Assembly: GCA_963727625.1 (NCBI GenBank)
Contig: CAVSHR010000005.1
Coordinates: forward strand, 896,001-960,000
DNA: 64,000 nt
Reading direction: 5' to 3'
DNA from: an uncultured delta proteobacterium
GTDB lineage: Bacteria > Desulfobacterota > Binatia > UBA9968
Shown here: in pieces, positions 1 to 9,724 of the stretch
Position numbering within the stretch: position 1 is the first letter of the stretch
Layout of the letters: each line of letters begins with the position of its first letter
Made by a program: the position numbers and the translations under genes
Notes under the pieces: model-generated
Told to the model about the DNA's origin: nothing
The model's input: only the letters and a program-made list of their open reading frames with translations
The model's database searches: none

Positions 1-352
1 GACCAAATACTGGCCGGCGCGGCGTTCGGTCATCACCGCTTGTCCATTTTCACTCCCGCGACGATTGGTGATCGATTTGACTTTGATCTCAGGGTAATTA
101 TTTTGAAACCGCTCAAAAACCTTTTCATATCCTTGGCTGCCATAGAAAGATAATTCACCTTCTTTCTTGGCCGCCGCCAGCGTCCGCTCCCATTCGGCTT
201 TCCACGCATCCGCCGCGGCCGCGAAGGCCACCTGCGAACTGCCAACTAAGAACACGACCACGAACCACAGAAACAGCCGATAATTTGTCCGCGCTTTTTT
301 ACTCATCACCCAATACTCCATTATTCCATCGATCCAACTTCCCCGTTCCCGA

Positions 353-1789
353 TCAGTCCAGTCTCAGAATGTCCTTCCATTTATCGTATATCGCGCCTCG
401 CGTCGCCTCGGAAAAGTAGCAGGTCTTGGCGTACTGCTCCTTCCAGTGAAAAGGCTGGCAGGCGTCGATGATCGCGACGGAGTTGGTGAAATTGCGCGCC
501 GCGCGCGCCGCCGGCGCGATGCGTGGGTCGAGCGGCGTGCTCCAGGCTTCCGTGATGACATTGATCGCCGTCGCCGGGTCGCAGCGCGTCGCCAGGGCCC
601 ACAACACGTCATCGATGTTCGACGGATCGACGTCGTCGTCGACGATGATCACGAAACGGCGATGATAACCATAAGTCGAACCGAGCATCGCCAGAGCGGC
701 GCGCTTCACATGCCCGCCGTATTTCTGCTTAAGTGAAATGACCGTGATATAGCGGGTCTGATATTCCCAAACCCCTTGCACGTCGGTTACACCCGCTTTT
801 TCCAGGGCGAGCCAAACGTTTGCAGCGCTCAGCGACACCGACTTGCCGGAGATTCCCGGCGGCATGCCGAGTATAATGGGGTCCTTGCGGTGCATCACCG
901 ACTTCACTTTCACAACCGGCTCATTGCGCGTCCCCGAGGCGTAGTAACCCGTCCATTCGCCGAATGGCCCTTCGGATCGGCTGTCTTCTTTCGGCGGCAC
1001 GATGTATCCTTCGACGGCGAGCTCGGAGGTAGCCGGAACCGGCAGACCGGTCTCGCCGCCACGGATGATTTTAACCGGCTCGCCGAACAACCACCCGGCA
1101 ATTTCCAATTCCGAGACACCCCAGGCCTCGTACCAGCTTGCGACTTTCGCGAGAACCGGGTCCTGGCCGAAACTGATCACGACCGGACAGGATTTTCCCT
1201 GTGCCCAATATTTTTCCCGAATGAGCCGGCCGTGCTTGCCGGGCGAAATCCAGATGCCGAGGGTTTCTTTATCATGAACACAAACGCGATAGGTGCCGAC
1301 GTTGGTCCACCGGCCATCCGGATCTTCCATGATCACCATGCAGCCGGTACCGATATAACGCCCGCCGTCCTCCTCGTGCCAGCGTGGCGTGGGAAATTTC
1401 AACAAATCGATCTGCGCACCACGGTCGACGTTCTCGAGCACCGGACCGTCCGAGACTTCAATCGGCTTGATTGGCTTCTGCCTGCCTAGTTTTTGCTTCC
1501 ATTCGCGAATCAGGTCGAGGCCGTTCAGTTTAGGGTTGAGACCGAATGCCAATGCGGTTGTCGCCGCGGAACAAACCGCGTTGGTGACAACGCGAAAGCC
1601 TTTCGGGTAACCTTTGATCTGATCGAACAAAACGACCTTCGGATTCGCCGCCCGCGCCGCAACTTCGGTGATCGCGCCAAGCTCGAGATCCCAGTCGGCG
1701 CCGGCGACGCGTCTCAGCTCACCGAGCGTGTCGACCGCTTCGAGATAGCCGCGCAAGTCTTTGTAGCCTAGCGATGAAGTTGTTGCCAT
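353..1789 (-). CDS. UbiD-family (prFMN-dependent) decarboxylase
   Basis: 478 aa; DLRGYL N-terminus, DGGRYIGTG, NVGTYR, EGPFGEWTGYY motif, VDDDVDP..DVLWALATRCDP. Confidence 0.93.
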   Translation of the reverse strand: MATTSSLGYKDLRGYLEAVDTLGELRRVAGADWDLELGAITEVAARAANPKVVLFDQIKGYPKGFRVVTNAVCSAATTALAFGLNPKLNGLDLIREWKQKLGRQKPIKPIEVSDGPVLENVDRGAQIDLLKFPTPRWHEEDGGRYIGTGCMVIMEDPDGRWTNVGTYRVCVHDKETLGIWISPGKHGRLIREKYWAQGKSCPVVISFGQDPVLAKVASWYEAWGVSELEIAGWLFGEPVKIIRGGETGLPVPATSELAVEGYIVPPKEDSRSEGPFGEWTGYYASGTRNEPVVKVKSVMHRKDPIILGMPPGISGKSVSLSAANVWLALEKAGVTDVQGVWEYQTRYITVISLKQKYGGHVKRAALAMLGSTYGYHRRFVIIVDDDVDPSNIDDVLWALATRCDPATAINVITEAWSTPLDPRIAPAARAARNFTNSVAIIDACQPFHWKEQYAKTCYFSEATRGAIYDKWKDILRLD

Positions 1790-1882
1790 ATTTCTCTATC
1801 GATTCTGGGCAGTGACGACGTTTTTATGTGACCTTCGTCATCGTGTTTGTCCGCTCCGGAGCACCGCAGACGAGGTCGCTTT

Positions 1883-3016
1883 TTATTTCTTCGCCGCTGA
1901 CTTCAAGGCACTATTGACCACTTTGATGATCGGCTTCATGTCAATCCACTCGGGCCGGCCGGTGTCGAGGTATTTTACCCCCTCCAAGCGCCGCGATTCG
2001 TAGGGGACGCCGTCTTTCGGGATATCGATGCGCAGCGAATCCGCGGGAGATTCGGCCTGCGCCAATCGTTTCTGCAACGAGATCTGTCCCCGACTCGATA
2101 GCAGCCAATTGATAAACACCTTGGCCGCATTCGGGTGGGGCGCGTGACTCAACAATGCCAAGGTGCCGAACTGCTGCACCAAGCCGCCGCCCTCTTTGAA
2201 AACTTTCGGTCCGAAAGTGTCGACCGGCAGGCCCTGGCGTTTCAAGACATCGACGTCGCAGAAAAAACAGATGGCGTACTTTCCCGTCGCCAGCCAATCC
2301 GGTCCCTGCCGGTAATCGCGAAACAGCGTGATTTCCATCTCGCTAAACAAGCGCTTAATGAATGACGGTCCGATATTGGGATGGTGGTAAAAGAAGCGCA
2401 TATTCCCGCTGCCCGGTCCCGGCCGCCGCACGTCGCGCGCCTCGATTTTGCCCTTCCATTTCGGGTCGAGAAAATCCCAGTAGGATTTGAACTCTTTCCC
2501 ATCGACGAGCTTGGTGTTGTAGTTGATGGCGCCGTAAGTCGCCGAGCCGACGTAGACAAAAACATACTGCCCTTCTGGATCGGCGTAGGTGTGTTTGCCT
2601 TCGTACCACTTCGTTTGATCCAAAACTTCCGGTAAAATCAGCGCCGGTTTAATCGGATCGAGCATCTTGCCGCGATAGAATTGTTGATAGTTGGGATTGG
2701 CGCCGGCGCTGACCACATCGGCGATATATTTTTCGCCTCGTCTCTCGGCGGCGATCCGCTGTCCAATCTCATTGCCCCGCCCCGTAACCGCGACGACCTT
2801 GATCTCCGGAAATTCTTTTTGAAAATCCGGCAAGATCGAATCATAGCCGCTGATGTAAACGGTTACTTGGCCCTCCTTCTTGGCGGCCTCCACGGTTTTT
2901 TCCCATTCACCTTGCCAAGCGAGTTTCGCCGGCGCGGCACAAACCGCACTCGCGCAACTTAAAAGAACCAACCACGCGGTGATAGCGCGCGATACAGATA
3001 TTGGAAACATGCTCAT
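1883..3016 (-). CDS. ABC transporter extracellular solute-binding protein (Fe3+/thiamine-like family)
   Basis: Signal peptide, AAKKEGQVTVY, YNTKLV, DPKWKGKI, APHPNAAKVFINWLLS. Confidence 0.9.
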   Translation of the reverse strand: MSMFPISVSRAITAWLVLLSCASAVCAAPAKLAWQGEWEKTVEAAKKEGQVTVYISGYDSILPDFQKEFPEIKVVAVTGRGNEIGQRIAAERRGEKYIADVVSAGANPNYQQFYRGKMLDPIKPALILPEVLDQTKWYEGKHTYADPEGQYVFVYVGSATYGAINYNTKLVDGKEFKSYWDFLDPKWKGKIEARDVRRPGPGSGNMRFFYHHPNIGPSFIKRLFSEMEITLFRDYRQGPDWLATGKYAICFFCDVDVLKRQGLPVDTFGPKVFKEGGGLVQQFGTLALLSHAPHPNAAKVFINWLLSSRGQISLQKRLAQAESPADSLRIDIPKDGVPYESRRLEGVKYLDTGRPEWIDMKPIIKVVNSALKSAAKK

Positions 3017-3090
3017 CAAACGATCCCTCTCGATAAAGAGGCCGGCGGCGCGAAATGCGCCAAACTCGGTCCTGTTTCTTTCTTCCCGAT

Positions 3091-4209
3091 TCAGCTCTTC
3101 CCTGCGCTCTTGAGCGCTTCCTTGACGACATCAAGGATCGGCTTCATGCTTTGCCACTCCGGCTTGCTCGTGTCGATATAGTTGACGCCGTCCAACCGCC
3201 GGCTTATCAACGGCACGTCGTCTTTGGGAATGTCGATGCGCAGCGAATCCGGCGGGCTCTCGGAATTGGCCAGGGTCTTTTGCAAGGCGATCTGGCCTTT
3301 GCGCGACAGCAACCAGTTGATGAACGCCCGCGCGGCGTTCGGATGGGGAGCTTTATTGATCAAGGTCAACGTGCCGAATTGCTGCACCAGGCCGCCGCCC
3401 TCCTTGAAGACCTTCGGTCCGAAAGTGTCGACCGGCAGGCCTTGCTGCTTCAAAACATCGACGTCGCAGAAAAAGCAAATCGAGTATTTGCCGACGGCCA
3501 GCCAATCAGGACCCTGGCGATAATCGCGGAACAACGTGATGTCCATCTCGCCGAACAACTTGCGCAGGAATGACGCGCCGAGCTCCGGATGATAGTAGAA
3601 AAACCTGGCGTTACCGGACCCCGGCCCGGGCGTGCGAATATCGCGCGCAATGATTTTGCCCTTCCATTTCGGGTCGAGCAGATCCCAGTAGGATTTGAAC
3701 GCTTTGCCATCGACGAGCTTGGTGTTGTAATTGATTGAACCGTAAGTCGCCGAACCGACGTAATTAAAAATATATCGCCCTTCGGGATCGGCGTAGTGGT
3801 GTTTTTTCTGATACCACTTTGACGAGTCGGTGACCTCGGGAAGCAGCAAAACGGGCTTGATCGGATCGAGCACCTTGGCCTTGTGCAACCGCCCGTAGGT
3901 CGTTACCCCGCCGGAGCTAAAAACATCGGCCAAATATTTATCGCCGCGCCGTTCCGTCAGTAATCGTTGCGCCATCTGCGAGCCGCGGCCGGTGACCGCC
4001 GTAACTTTGATCTCGGGAAATTCCTTCTGAAACTCCGGCAGCACCGCCTCATAGCCGCTGATATAAACCGTCACCTGTCCTTCTTTTTTCGCCGCTTCGA
4101 TGGTCTTTTCCCATTCGGTCTGCCATGCAGGCTTCGCGTCAGCAGCATAGGCCGCGCCGCCGAACAAAATACAAAACAACCCCACAACTAAATATTTTCC
4201 TTTGGACAT
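3091..4209 (-). CDS. ABC transporter extracellular solute-binding protein, tandem paralogue of 1883-3016
   Basis: Same motifs; long identical blocks with neighbour (e.g. GLPVDTFGPKVFKEGGGLVQQFGTL). Confidence 0.9.
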   Translation of the reverse strand: MSKGKYLVVGLFCILFGGAAYAADAKPAWQTEWEKTIEAAKKEGQVTVYISGYEAVLPEFQKEFPEIKVTAVTGRGSQMAQRLLTERRGDKYLADVFSSGGVTTYGRLHKAKVLDPIKPVLLLPEVTDSSKWYQKKHHYADPEGRYIFNYVGSATYGSINYNTKLVDGKAFKSYWDLLDPKWKGKIIARDIRTPGPGSGNARFFYYHPELGASFLRKLFGEMDITLFRDYRQGPDWLAVGKYSICFFCDVDVLKQQGLPVDTFGPKVFKEGGGLVQQFGTLTLINKAPHPNAARAFINWLLSRKGQIALQKTLANSESPPDSLRIDIPKDDVPLISRRLDGVNYIDTSKPEWQSMKPILDVVKEALKSAGKS

Positions 4210-4315
4210 TTCTCCGCGCCTCCGGATAGGGACTCTATATAGAAATCTGGGCTTAACTCAAGTCGCTAGACCCGAAACTCGCAACCTTTGCGTTCTTTGC
4301 GGCGGGTGCTTGTTT

Positions 4316-5485
4316 TCACTGCTTCGGCGGCACATGATAGGTCACCGAGCCGGCCTTGCCGACGCGCAAGGATTCATCCAACTTGGTGTCAATGATCGGA
4401 TGATCGGGATCGCGAAAGACATTCATCGGCTCCAAGCCCTGCTCCACTTTATTGATTTCCCGTTTGAGCATGGCGCGGTAAATGACGACGCCGTGATCCG
4501 ACACCGCTAGCCGCTCGCGGCTTCGGTCGAGGATCGGCCCTTGAGTTTCCCACGCCATGAAATCCTGCGCATCGACATCGTCGAGACGAAATTTGGCGAA
4601 CGGATGGCGCACACCGAGCGGATTTTTGAAAGGCCTTCGATAATTCACCGGCACTTCATCCTTATCCAGCCGCGGCTCGACGGCATCGGGCACGAAGTGG
4701 ACGTAAACGATCCAAGTATGGGTGTCGTCGATCGGCACGCGGATCTGCGTGCGGTTGGCCTGACGCAGGACGGTCGGAAACAGGAGCGGATGTTCCTCTA
4801 TTTTACCGTCCCTGAACACGCGCTGTTTGATTAGCCCATGCTCGAACTCCTTGACTTCGTAATGCACGAGATTGTCGATGGTGCCCCGGGTCGTGCTCTC
4901 GACTTTGAAGCCGTCAGTGACAAGCTCTTGGTGGAGAATATGCAGATGAGCCGTGTCCACCGAGTTCTCCATCGCCTGCAGCCAGTTGCAGTCGAGCTGC
5001 GGCAGTGCGCGCAGCCAATGCCAACCATCCGTGCGCGCCCAAACATCATATTTTGGAATTTCCGGCGCAGGCTGCGGGCCGAGATACGCCCAATACAGAC
5101 CGGCAAGTTTCTTCACCGGATAGGCTTTTTGCTTGACGGTGAGACAAAACTTGCTGTCCGCCGGCTCCGCCGGAGTTGCCAGACAATTACCTTGGATGTC
5201 GTAGAGCCAGCCATGATAGGCACAGGCAATGCCCCGTTCTTCGACGCGGCCATAAGACAGGGAAACCCCGCGGTGAGCGCAGCGGTCGTGCAGCAACCCG
5301 GCTTCGCCTTTCGGGGTCACGAACAGCACCAAGTCCTCGCCCAGTATACGGACAAACTTCGTCGGATTATCAGGCGTCAAATCCGCCGCGATGGCGACCG
5401 GATGCCAATAGCGGCGCAGCAGCTCGCCTGCCGGTGTTCCCGGACCGACCCGCGTCAGCATTTCATTTTCTTCAGCGGTCAGCAT
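4316..5485 (-). CDS. Rieske non-heme iron oxygenase alpha subunit (phthalate 4,5-dioxygenase/LigX-like)
   Basis: CAHRG...CAYHGW Rieske motif; ENSVDTAHLHILH mononuclear Fe motif; N-terminal LTRVGPGTPAGELLRRYW. Confidence 0.92.
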   Translation of the reverse strand: MLTAEENEMLTRVGPGTPAGELLRRYWHPVAIAADLTPDNPTKFVRILGEDLVLFVTPKGEAGLLHDRCAHRGVSLSYGRVEERGIACAYHGWLYDIQGNCLATPAEPADSKFCLTVKQKAYPVKKLAGLYWAYLGPQPAPEIPKYDVWARTDGWHWLRALPQLDCNWLQAMENSVDTAHLHILHQELVTDGFKVESTTRGTIDNLVHYEVKEFEHGLIKQRVFRDGKIEEHPLLFPTVLRQANRTQIRVPIDDTHTWIVYVHFVPDAVEPRLDKDEVPVNYRRPFKNPLGVRHPFAKFRLDDVDAQDFMAWETQGPILDRSRERLAVSDHGVVIYRAMLKREINKVEQGLEPMNVFRDPDHPIIDTKLDESLRVGKAGSVTYHVPPKQ

Positions 5486-5538
5486 GATTGAACCCCTCTT
5501 CCATCCGACGTTGAACCCTTGAACCTTGAACGCTCTTT

Positions 5539-6726
5539 TTACCCCGGGCTCGGCACTTGGTGCGAAAGGAAAACCTCTTTGCGCTGGTCGGCCGATTCGA
5601 GCATCGCCAGACAGACTTCCAGCGTCGCCGCGCCCCAGCGGCCGCCGTGAAACACGGGGCGATGGTGCACCACGGCGTTGTACAGCTCTTCGACTTCGGC
5701 TTCGCGGCCGCGGCTTCCCGCCGGCAAATCGACCTCGCGCTGTTCGGTTTCGCCGTAGATCTTGAGGCCGTCCGGCGTCTGGCGAATGTCCCCCTTCTCG
5801 CAGCTGACCATGGTCAAGCCGAAGAACGGCTGCTTGCGCGCGCCGGTCCAGACATGGCTGTACTCCCCCTCGCGCCGGCCGCCGAAGCGCATACCTTCTT
5901 TTAACTGTTCTTCCTCCTCGGCGCTTTTCACTTCACGCAGCTTTTTTCTCACGTTTAAATTGGTCTCGGGTGCGCGATGTTGCCCGCCTTCGCCGACCCA
6001 GTCGAATAATTCCGCCGTATCGAAAAAGCCGTAACCGCTGTAGACCAGCGTCGCCGGCGTGCCGTCCTCGAATTCGAGATAGCAGGTGTAGCTGCCTTCC
6101 CACTGCCGCGCCGGGTCCCAAACGCCGGTCATGGCGCGCACACTGCGCACCATACCGCCGCCGATCAGACGCACGATATCGACGTGGTGCGGCCCCTGAT
6201 TGAGCACGACACCGCGGCTCATGGCCAGCTCATGCTTCATGCGCGGCCGGTACATGAACTCGTTGAAGTTCCAGGTGTTGATCATGCACAGTTTGCCCAA
6301 TTCGCCGCTCTTGACGATCTCGCGGATCTTGCGGATCGGCGGATCGAAGCTGTGGGTGTGGCCGCATAGTAATTTGACCCCGTATTTATCCGCCGCTTCA
6401 TTCATCGCGTCGCACTCGGCCAAGGTCATTGCCATCGGCTTTTCGACGACGACGTGTTTTCCCTGCTTGGCCGCCATGATTGCGTGCTCGGCGTGAAGCG
6501 AATTCGGTGTAGCGATGTAAACCGCGTCGAGGTTGGGGCTGGCGCAGAGCTCTTCGATGCTGGTGTAACCTTCGGCCTGATACTGCTCGCGAAACTTCGC
6601 CACCGCATCCGCGCGCATGTCCGCCGCGGCGGTGATCTTGATGAACGGCAAGTTGGCGATCGGCGGCAGGATCTGCGTACTGGCCACGCCCAAGCCAGCC
6701 ATGCCTAGTCTGAGAATTTCACTCAC
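5539..6726 (-). CDS. Gfo/Idh/MocA oxidoreductase (phthalate cis-4,5-dihydrodiol dehydrogenase-like)
   Basis: Rossmann GMAGLG, ATPNSLH, VEKPMA, GHTHSFD; located between two Rieske genes. Confidence 0.88.
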   Translation of the reverse strand: MSEILRLGMAGLGVASTQILPPIANLPFIKITAAADMRADAVAKFREQYQAEGYTSIEELCASPNLDAVYIATPNSLHAEHAIMAAKQGKHVVVEKPMAMTLAECDAMNEAADKYGVKLLCGHTHSFDPPIRKIREIVKSGELGKLCMINTWNFNEFMYRPRMKHELAMSRGVVLNQGPHHVDIVRLIGGGMVRSVRAMTGVWDPARQWEGSYTCYLEFEDGTPATLVYSGYGFFDTAELFDWVGEGGQHRAPETNLNVRKKLREVKSAEEEEQLKEGMRFGGRREGEYSHVWTGARKQPFFGLTMVSCEKGDIRQTPDGLKIYGETEQREVDLPAGSRGREAEVEELYNAVVHHRPVFHGGRWGAATLEVCLAMLESADQRKEVFLSHQVPSPG

Positions 6727-6756
6727 GGTTTGCTCCTGAGAAAGTCGAAATCTTTT

Positions 6757-6790
6757 TCCTCACCCTTCCCTCTCCCGGAGGGAGCGGGGT
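6757..6790. repeat. Intergenic palindromic repeat, CCCTCTCCC..GGGAG family
   Basis: cctcacccttccctctcccggagggagcgggg; related copy at 8111-8148. Confidence 0.5.
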
Positions 6791-6798
6791 CAGACAAA

Positions 6799-8079
6799 TC
6801 AACTCGACGAACTCTGCGCGGCGATTTTTTGTTGCACGATGGCTCGAATATCCGCCGATTTCGGCGCCACCTCGGAAATCACCGCGAGGTGCGAAAAACT
6901 GTTCGCCTTTGGATCGCGCACCACATGCAGCGGATCGCGTCCCTCTTTCACATCCTGAATCCCCTTGAGCAAGAGTTTGCGCGCCGCAACGATGGCTTTA
7001 TCCGAGGTCACCAGATGTTCTTTGGTGCGATTTTGAATCGCCCCGGCGCCTTCAATCACGCAGGCATCCTGCGCCTGGAAATTGTAGCCGATGCCGCTGA
7101 ACGATTTGTTCGTCATTGACTCGCGGTCTTGCAGATAGCGATTCGCCCTGTGGCGCACCATATGGTAGTCGGCCGTCAATTCGTCGCGTCCGCGCAACAT
7201 CATCTCGCGGGACAGGGGCCGCTTGCGGCTAAATACGATGACGAATTTCCAGTGATTGTAGTCGTCGATGGGCACATGCCAGTTGACCGAATACCCCTCA
7301 GCCGCCGTCTGCCCGGGAAACGTGCTGAAGTTGGGCATGATGAAGTTGGAGGTGCGGAAATAAATTCTTTCGTCTTCGATATTGCGTACCGTAAAGATCC
7401 GCACACCGAAATCGGTGAGCTCCAACTCGATCTTTGGCGCCAAGTCCGCGCCAAACAGCGAATTGGGCGGACTCTCGCTGCCGGTGACGCGCCGTTTTTT
7501 GTCGATCTCGGTAAGTTCCAGATTGCGATGCAAGAACGACAGATGCACTGGATCGATGTTGCCCTCGTTGGACTGTAGGTAATTGCAGGAGTGATGAATC
7601 TTGGAAACGAAGCGCTGATCTTCCGGCACCTGGAGAAATTCGTAATTGGGTAGCAGCGGCGGCTTGCCGGGTCCGATATAGGCGAAGATCACGCCGCCGG
7701 CCTCCCGACAAGGAAACGCCGGTTGGCAAAACGCATCGCGGTGCTCGCCGCCATTGGGCTCGCCGGGCTGATTGAGAATCTTGCCGTTCACATCGAATAG
7801 CCAGCCATGATAAATGCACCGCAGCCCGCCATCTTCCAACCGGCCGTAGCTTAAGTCCGCGCCACGATGGCAGCAATGCGCATCCAGGACACCGATGCGC
7901 CCGTTGTCGTCGCGAAAAATCGCCAGCTCCTCGCCCATCAACGTTACCGCCAACGGTGCGCCGTCCGGTTTCAACTCCTCCGACAACGCCACCGGCTGCC
8001 AATAGCGCCGCAACAGCTCGCCGCACGGCGCGCCGGGCCCCGTTTGAGTCAGGAGTTCGTTTTCCTCTCGGCTGATCAT
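6799..8079 (-). CDS. Rieske non-heme iron oxygenase alpha subunit (phthalate 4,5-dioxygenase-like)
   Basis: CCHRG...CIYHGW; EGNIDPVHLSFLH; QAQD. Confidence 0.92.
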   Translation of the reverse strand: MISREENELLTQTGPGAPCGELLRRYWQPVALSEELKPDGAPLAVTLMGEELAIFRDDNGRIGVLDAHCCHRGADLSYGRLEDGGLRCIYHGWLFDVNGKILNQPGEPNGGEHRDAFCQPAFPCREAGGVIFAYIGPGKPPLLPNYEFLQVPEDQRFVSKIHHSCNYLQSNEGNIDPVHLSFLHRNLELTEIDKKRRVTGSESPPNSLFGADLAPKIELELTDFGVRIFTVRNIEDERIYFRTSNFIMPNFSTFPGQTAAEGYSVNWHVPIDDYNHWKFVIVFSRKRPLSREMMLRGRDELTADYHMVRHRANRYLQDRESMTNKSFSGIGYNFQAQDACVIEGAGAIQNRTKEHLVTSDKAIVAARKLLLKGIQDVKEGRDPLHVVRDPKANSFSHLAVISEVAPKSADIRAIVQQKIAAQSSSS

Positions 8080-8110
8080 CTCTGCAATTCCCTCGCTTTA
8101 TAATCTTAGT

Positions 8111-8148
8111 CCCCTCTCCCGCTTGCGGGAAAGGGCCAGGGTGAGGGC
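8111..8148. repeat. Intergenic palindromic repeat, CCCTCTCCC..GGGA.AGGG..AGGGTGAGGG family
   Basis: cccctctcccgcttgcgggaaagggccagggtgaggg. Confidence 0.55.
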
Positions 8149-8215
8149 TGACGAAAATTACAGGTTCCATCCTCACCTTCCCAAAATCGTGGAAAGCCGT
8201 TTCTTCCCGCTGAAA

Positions 8216-9673
8216 TCACGCCCCGGGAAACGGAATGACGCTCTTGAACTTCGCGATGGTCTTCTCGCGCAGCTCGCGGCTCGAGCGGCTGACCTTAGGA
8301 AATTTGTCTTTCCAGGCGAAGGGCCGCACGGCGTAAAAAATCGCCCGGCCGTTGGTATGGTCTTTATTGTCTCGCTTGTCCGGCGGCATGCGCGGATCGA
8401 GCGGCGTCGACCAGCAGCCGTCGATGATGTCGATGTTGGTCGGCGGATCGACCCGCGTCATCATCGCCCACAAAACTTCTTTGACGTTGGTCGGGTCGAT
8501 GTCTTCATCGACCACGACGACATAGCGGCCGTTGCGATTGGCCGCCGCGCAGCTGAGCGCCGCAGTCCCGGCCTGCTTGGCATGGCCGGCGTATTTCTGC
8601 TTGATCGAAACAACCGTGAGATAAGACGTGTGATTGTAGACACCGACGATGTCCTGGATGCCCGCGCTTTCCAGTTGATCCCAAAGCACCCCGGCGGAAA
8701 TATGCAGGTCCATTTTCACCGCGCCGGGCCAGAGCGGCGCTTCGTCTTCGAGGATCGGATCATCGCGATGATAAACCGCCTTGACGCGCACTATCGGCTG
8801 ATTTTCTCCTGTGCCGGTGGTGCCGCCGGAGTAGTAACCCGGCCACTCGCCGAAGGGCCCTTCGGGCCGGGCCTCTTCCGAAGGCGGCGGGATTTCGCCC
8901 TCGATGGCGATTTCTGACGACGCGGGAATCGGCAATCCGGTGATCGGCCCGCGCAGAACTTCCAACGGCCGGCCGATCAGCCCGCCGGAGATTTCCATCT
9001 CCGAACGGCCGAAAGGAAATTTCGTATACGACGGCATGAACACCAGCGGATGCTGGCCATAGGTCGCCACCACCGGGCAGCTTTTACCCTGCTCCCAATA
9101 TTTCATGCAAATCTGCCGGCCGTTCTGTCCCGGGCTCATCCATATGCCCAAAGTATTTTTATCGTGCAGCTGCATGCGATAGGTGCCGGTGTTGACGTAG
9201 CCCGAATCCGGGTCGCGGTTGATCAAACCGCCACCCGGACCGAAATAGCGCCCGCCGTCGTTCTCGTGAAAACGAAGCGCGGGGAATTTAAGCAAGTTGA
9301 CGTCGTTGCCGGTGAGCTTGTTTTCAAACAGCGGCGATCTGCTGACTTCCTTCGGCGCGATCGGCTCGGTGCTTCTCACCTTGCGCGCCGCCAGACGCAG
9401 AATTTCCAATTTGGTTTTATCCGTCGGCAAACCCAAGGCAAGCGCCACGCGCCGGTAAGCGGCATAGGGCAAACTACAAACTCGATAGCCCGCCGGATAG
9501 CCTTTGACCTTGTCGAAAATCAGCATGGGCGGCTGCGGCACCAGCTCCGCCGTCGACTCCACCAGCGCGCCAATTTCGGCGTCCCAATCGGCGCCCTCGA
9601 TAATGCGATAGTCGCTGATCTTCTTCGCTTCCTCGATGAAGCTGCGAAAATCATGGTAGGCCAGTTCAGACAT
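8216..9673 (-). CDS. UbiD-family decarboxylase
   Basis: 485 aa; DGGRYFG, NTGTYR, EGPFGEWPGYY, VDEDIDP..EVLWAMMTRVDP. Confidence 0.93.
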   Translation of the reverse strand: MSELAYHDFRSFIEEAKKISDYRIIEGADWDAEIGALVESTAELVPQPPMLIFDKVKGYPAGYRVCSLPYAAYRRVALALGLPTDKTKLEILRLAARKVRSTEPIAPKEVSRSPLFENKLTGNDVNLLKFPALRFHENDGGRYFGPGGGLINRDPDSGYVNTGTYRMQLHDKNTLGIWMSPGQNGRQICMKYWEQGKSCPVVATYGQHPLVFMPSYTKFPFGRSEMEISGGLIGRPLEVLRGPITGLPIPASSEIAIEGEIPPPSEEARPEGPFGEWPGYYSGGTTGTGENQPIVRVKAVYHRDDPILEDEAPLWPGAVKMDLHISAGVLWDQLESAGIQDIVGVYNHTSYLTVVSIKQKYAGHAKQAGTAALSCAAANRNGRYVVVVDEDIDPTNVKEVLWAMMTRVDPPTNIDIIDGCWSTPLDPRMPPDKRDNKDHTNGRAIFYAVRPFAWKDKFPKVSRSSRELREKTIAKFKSVIPFPGA

Positions 9674-9724
9674 GTTTCTTCTCCCAACTTTAAACTTTGA
9701 ACCTTTGAACCTTGAGAATAGCCC

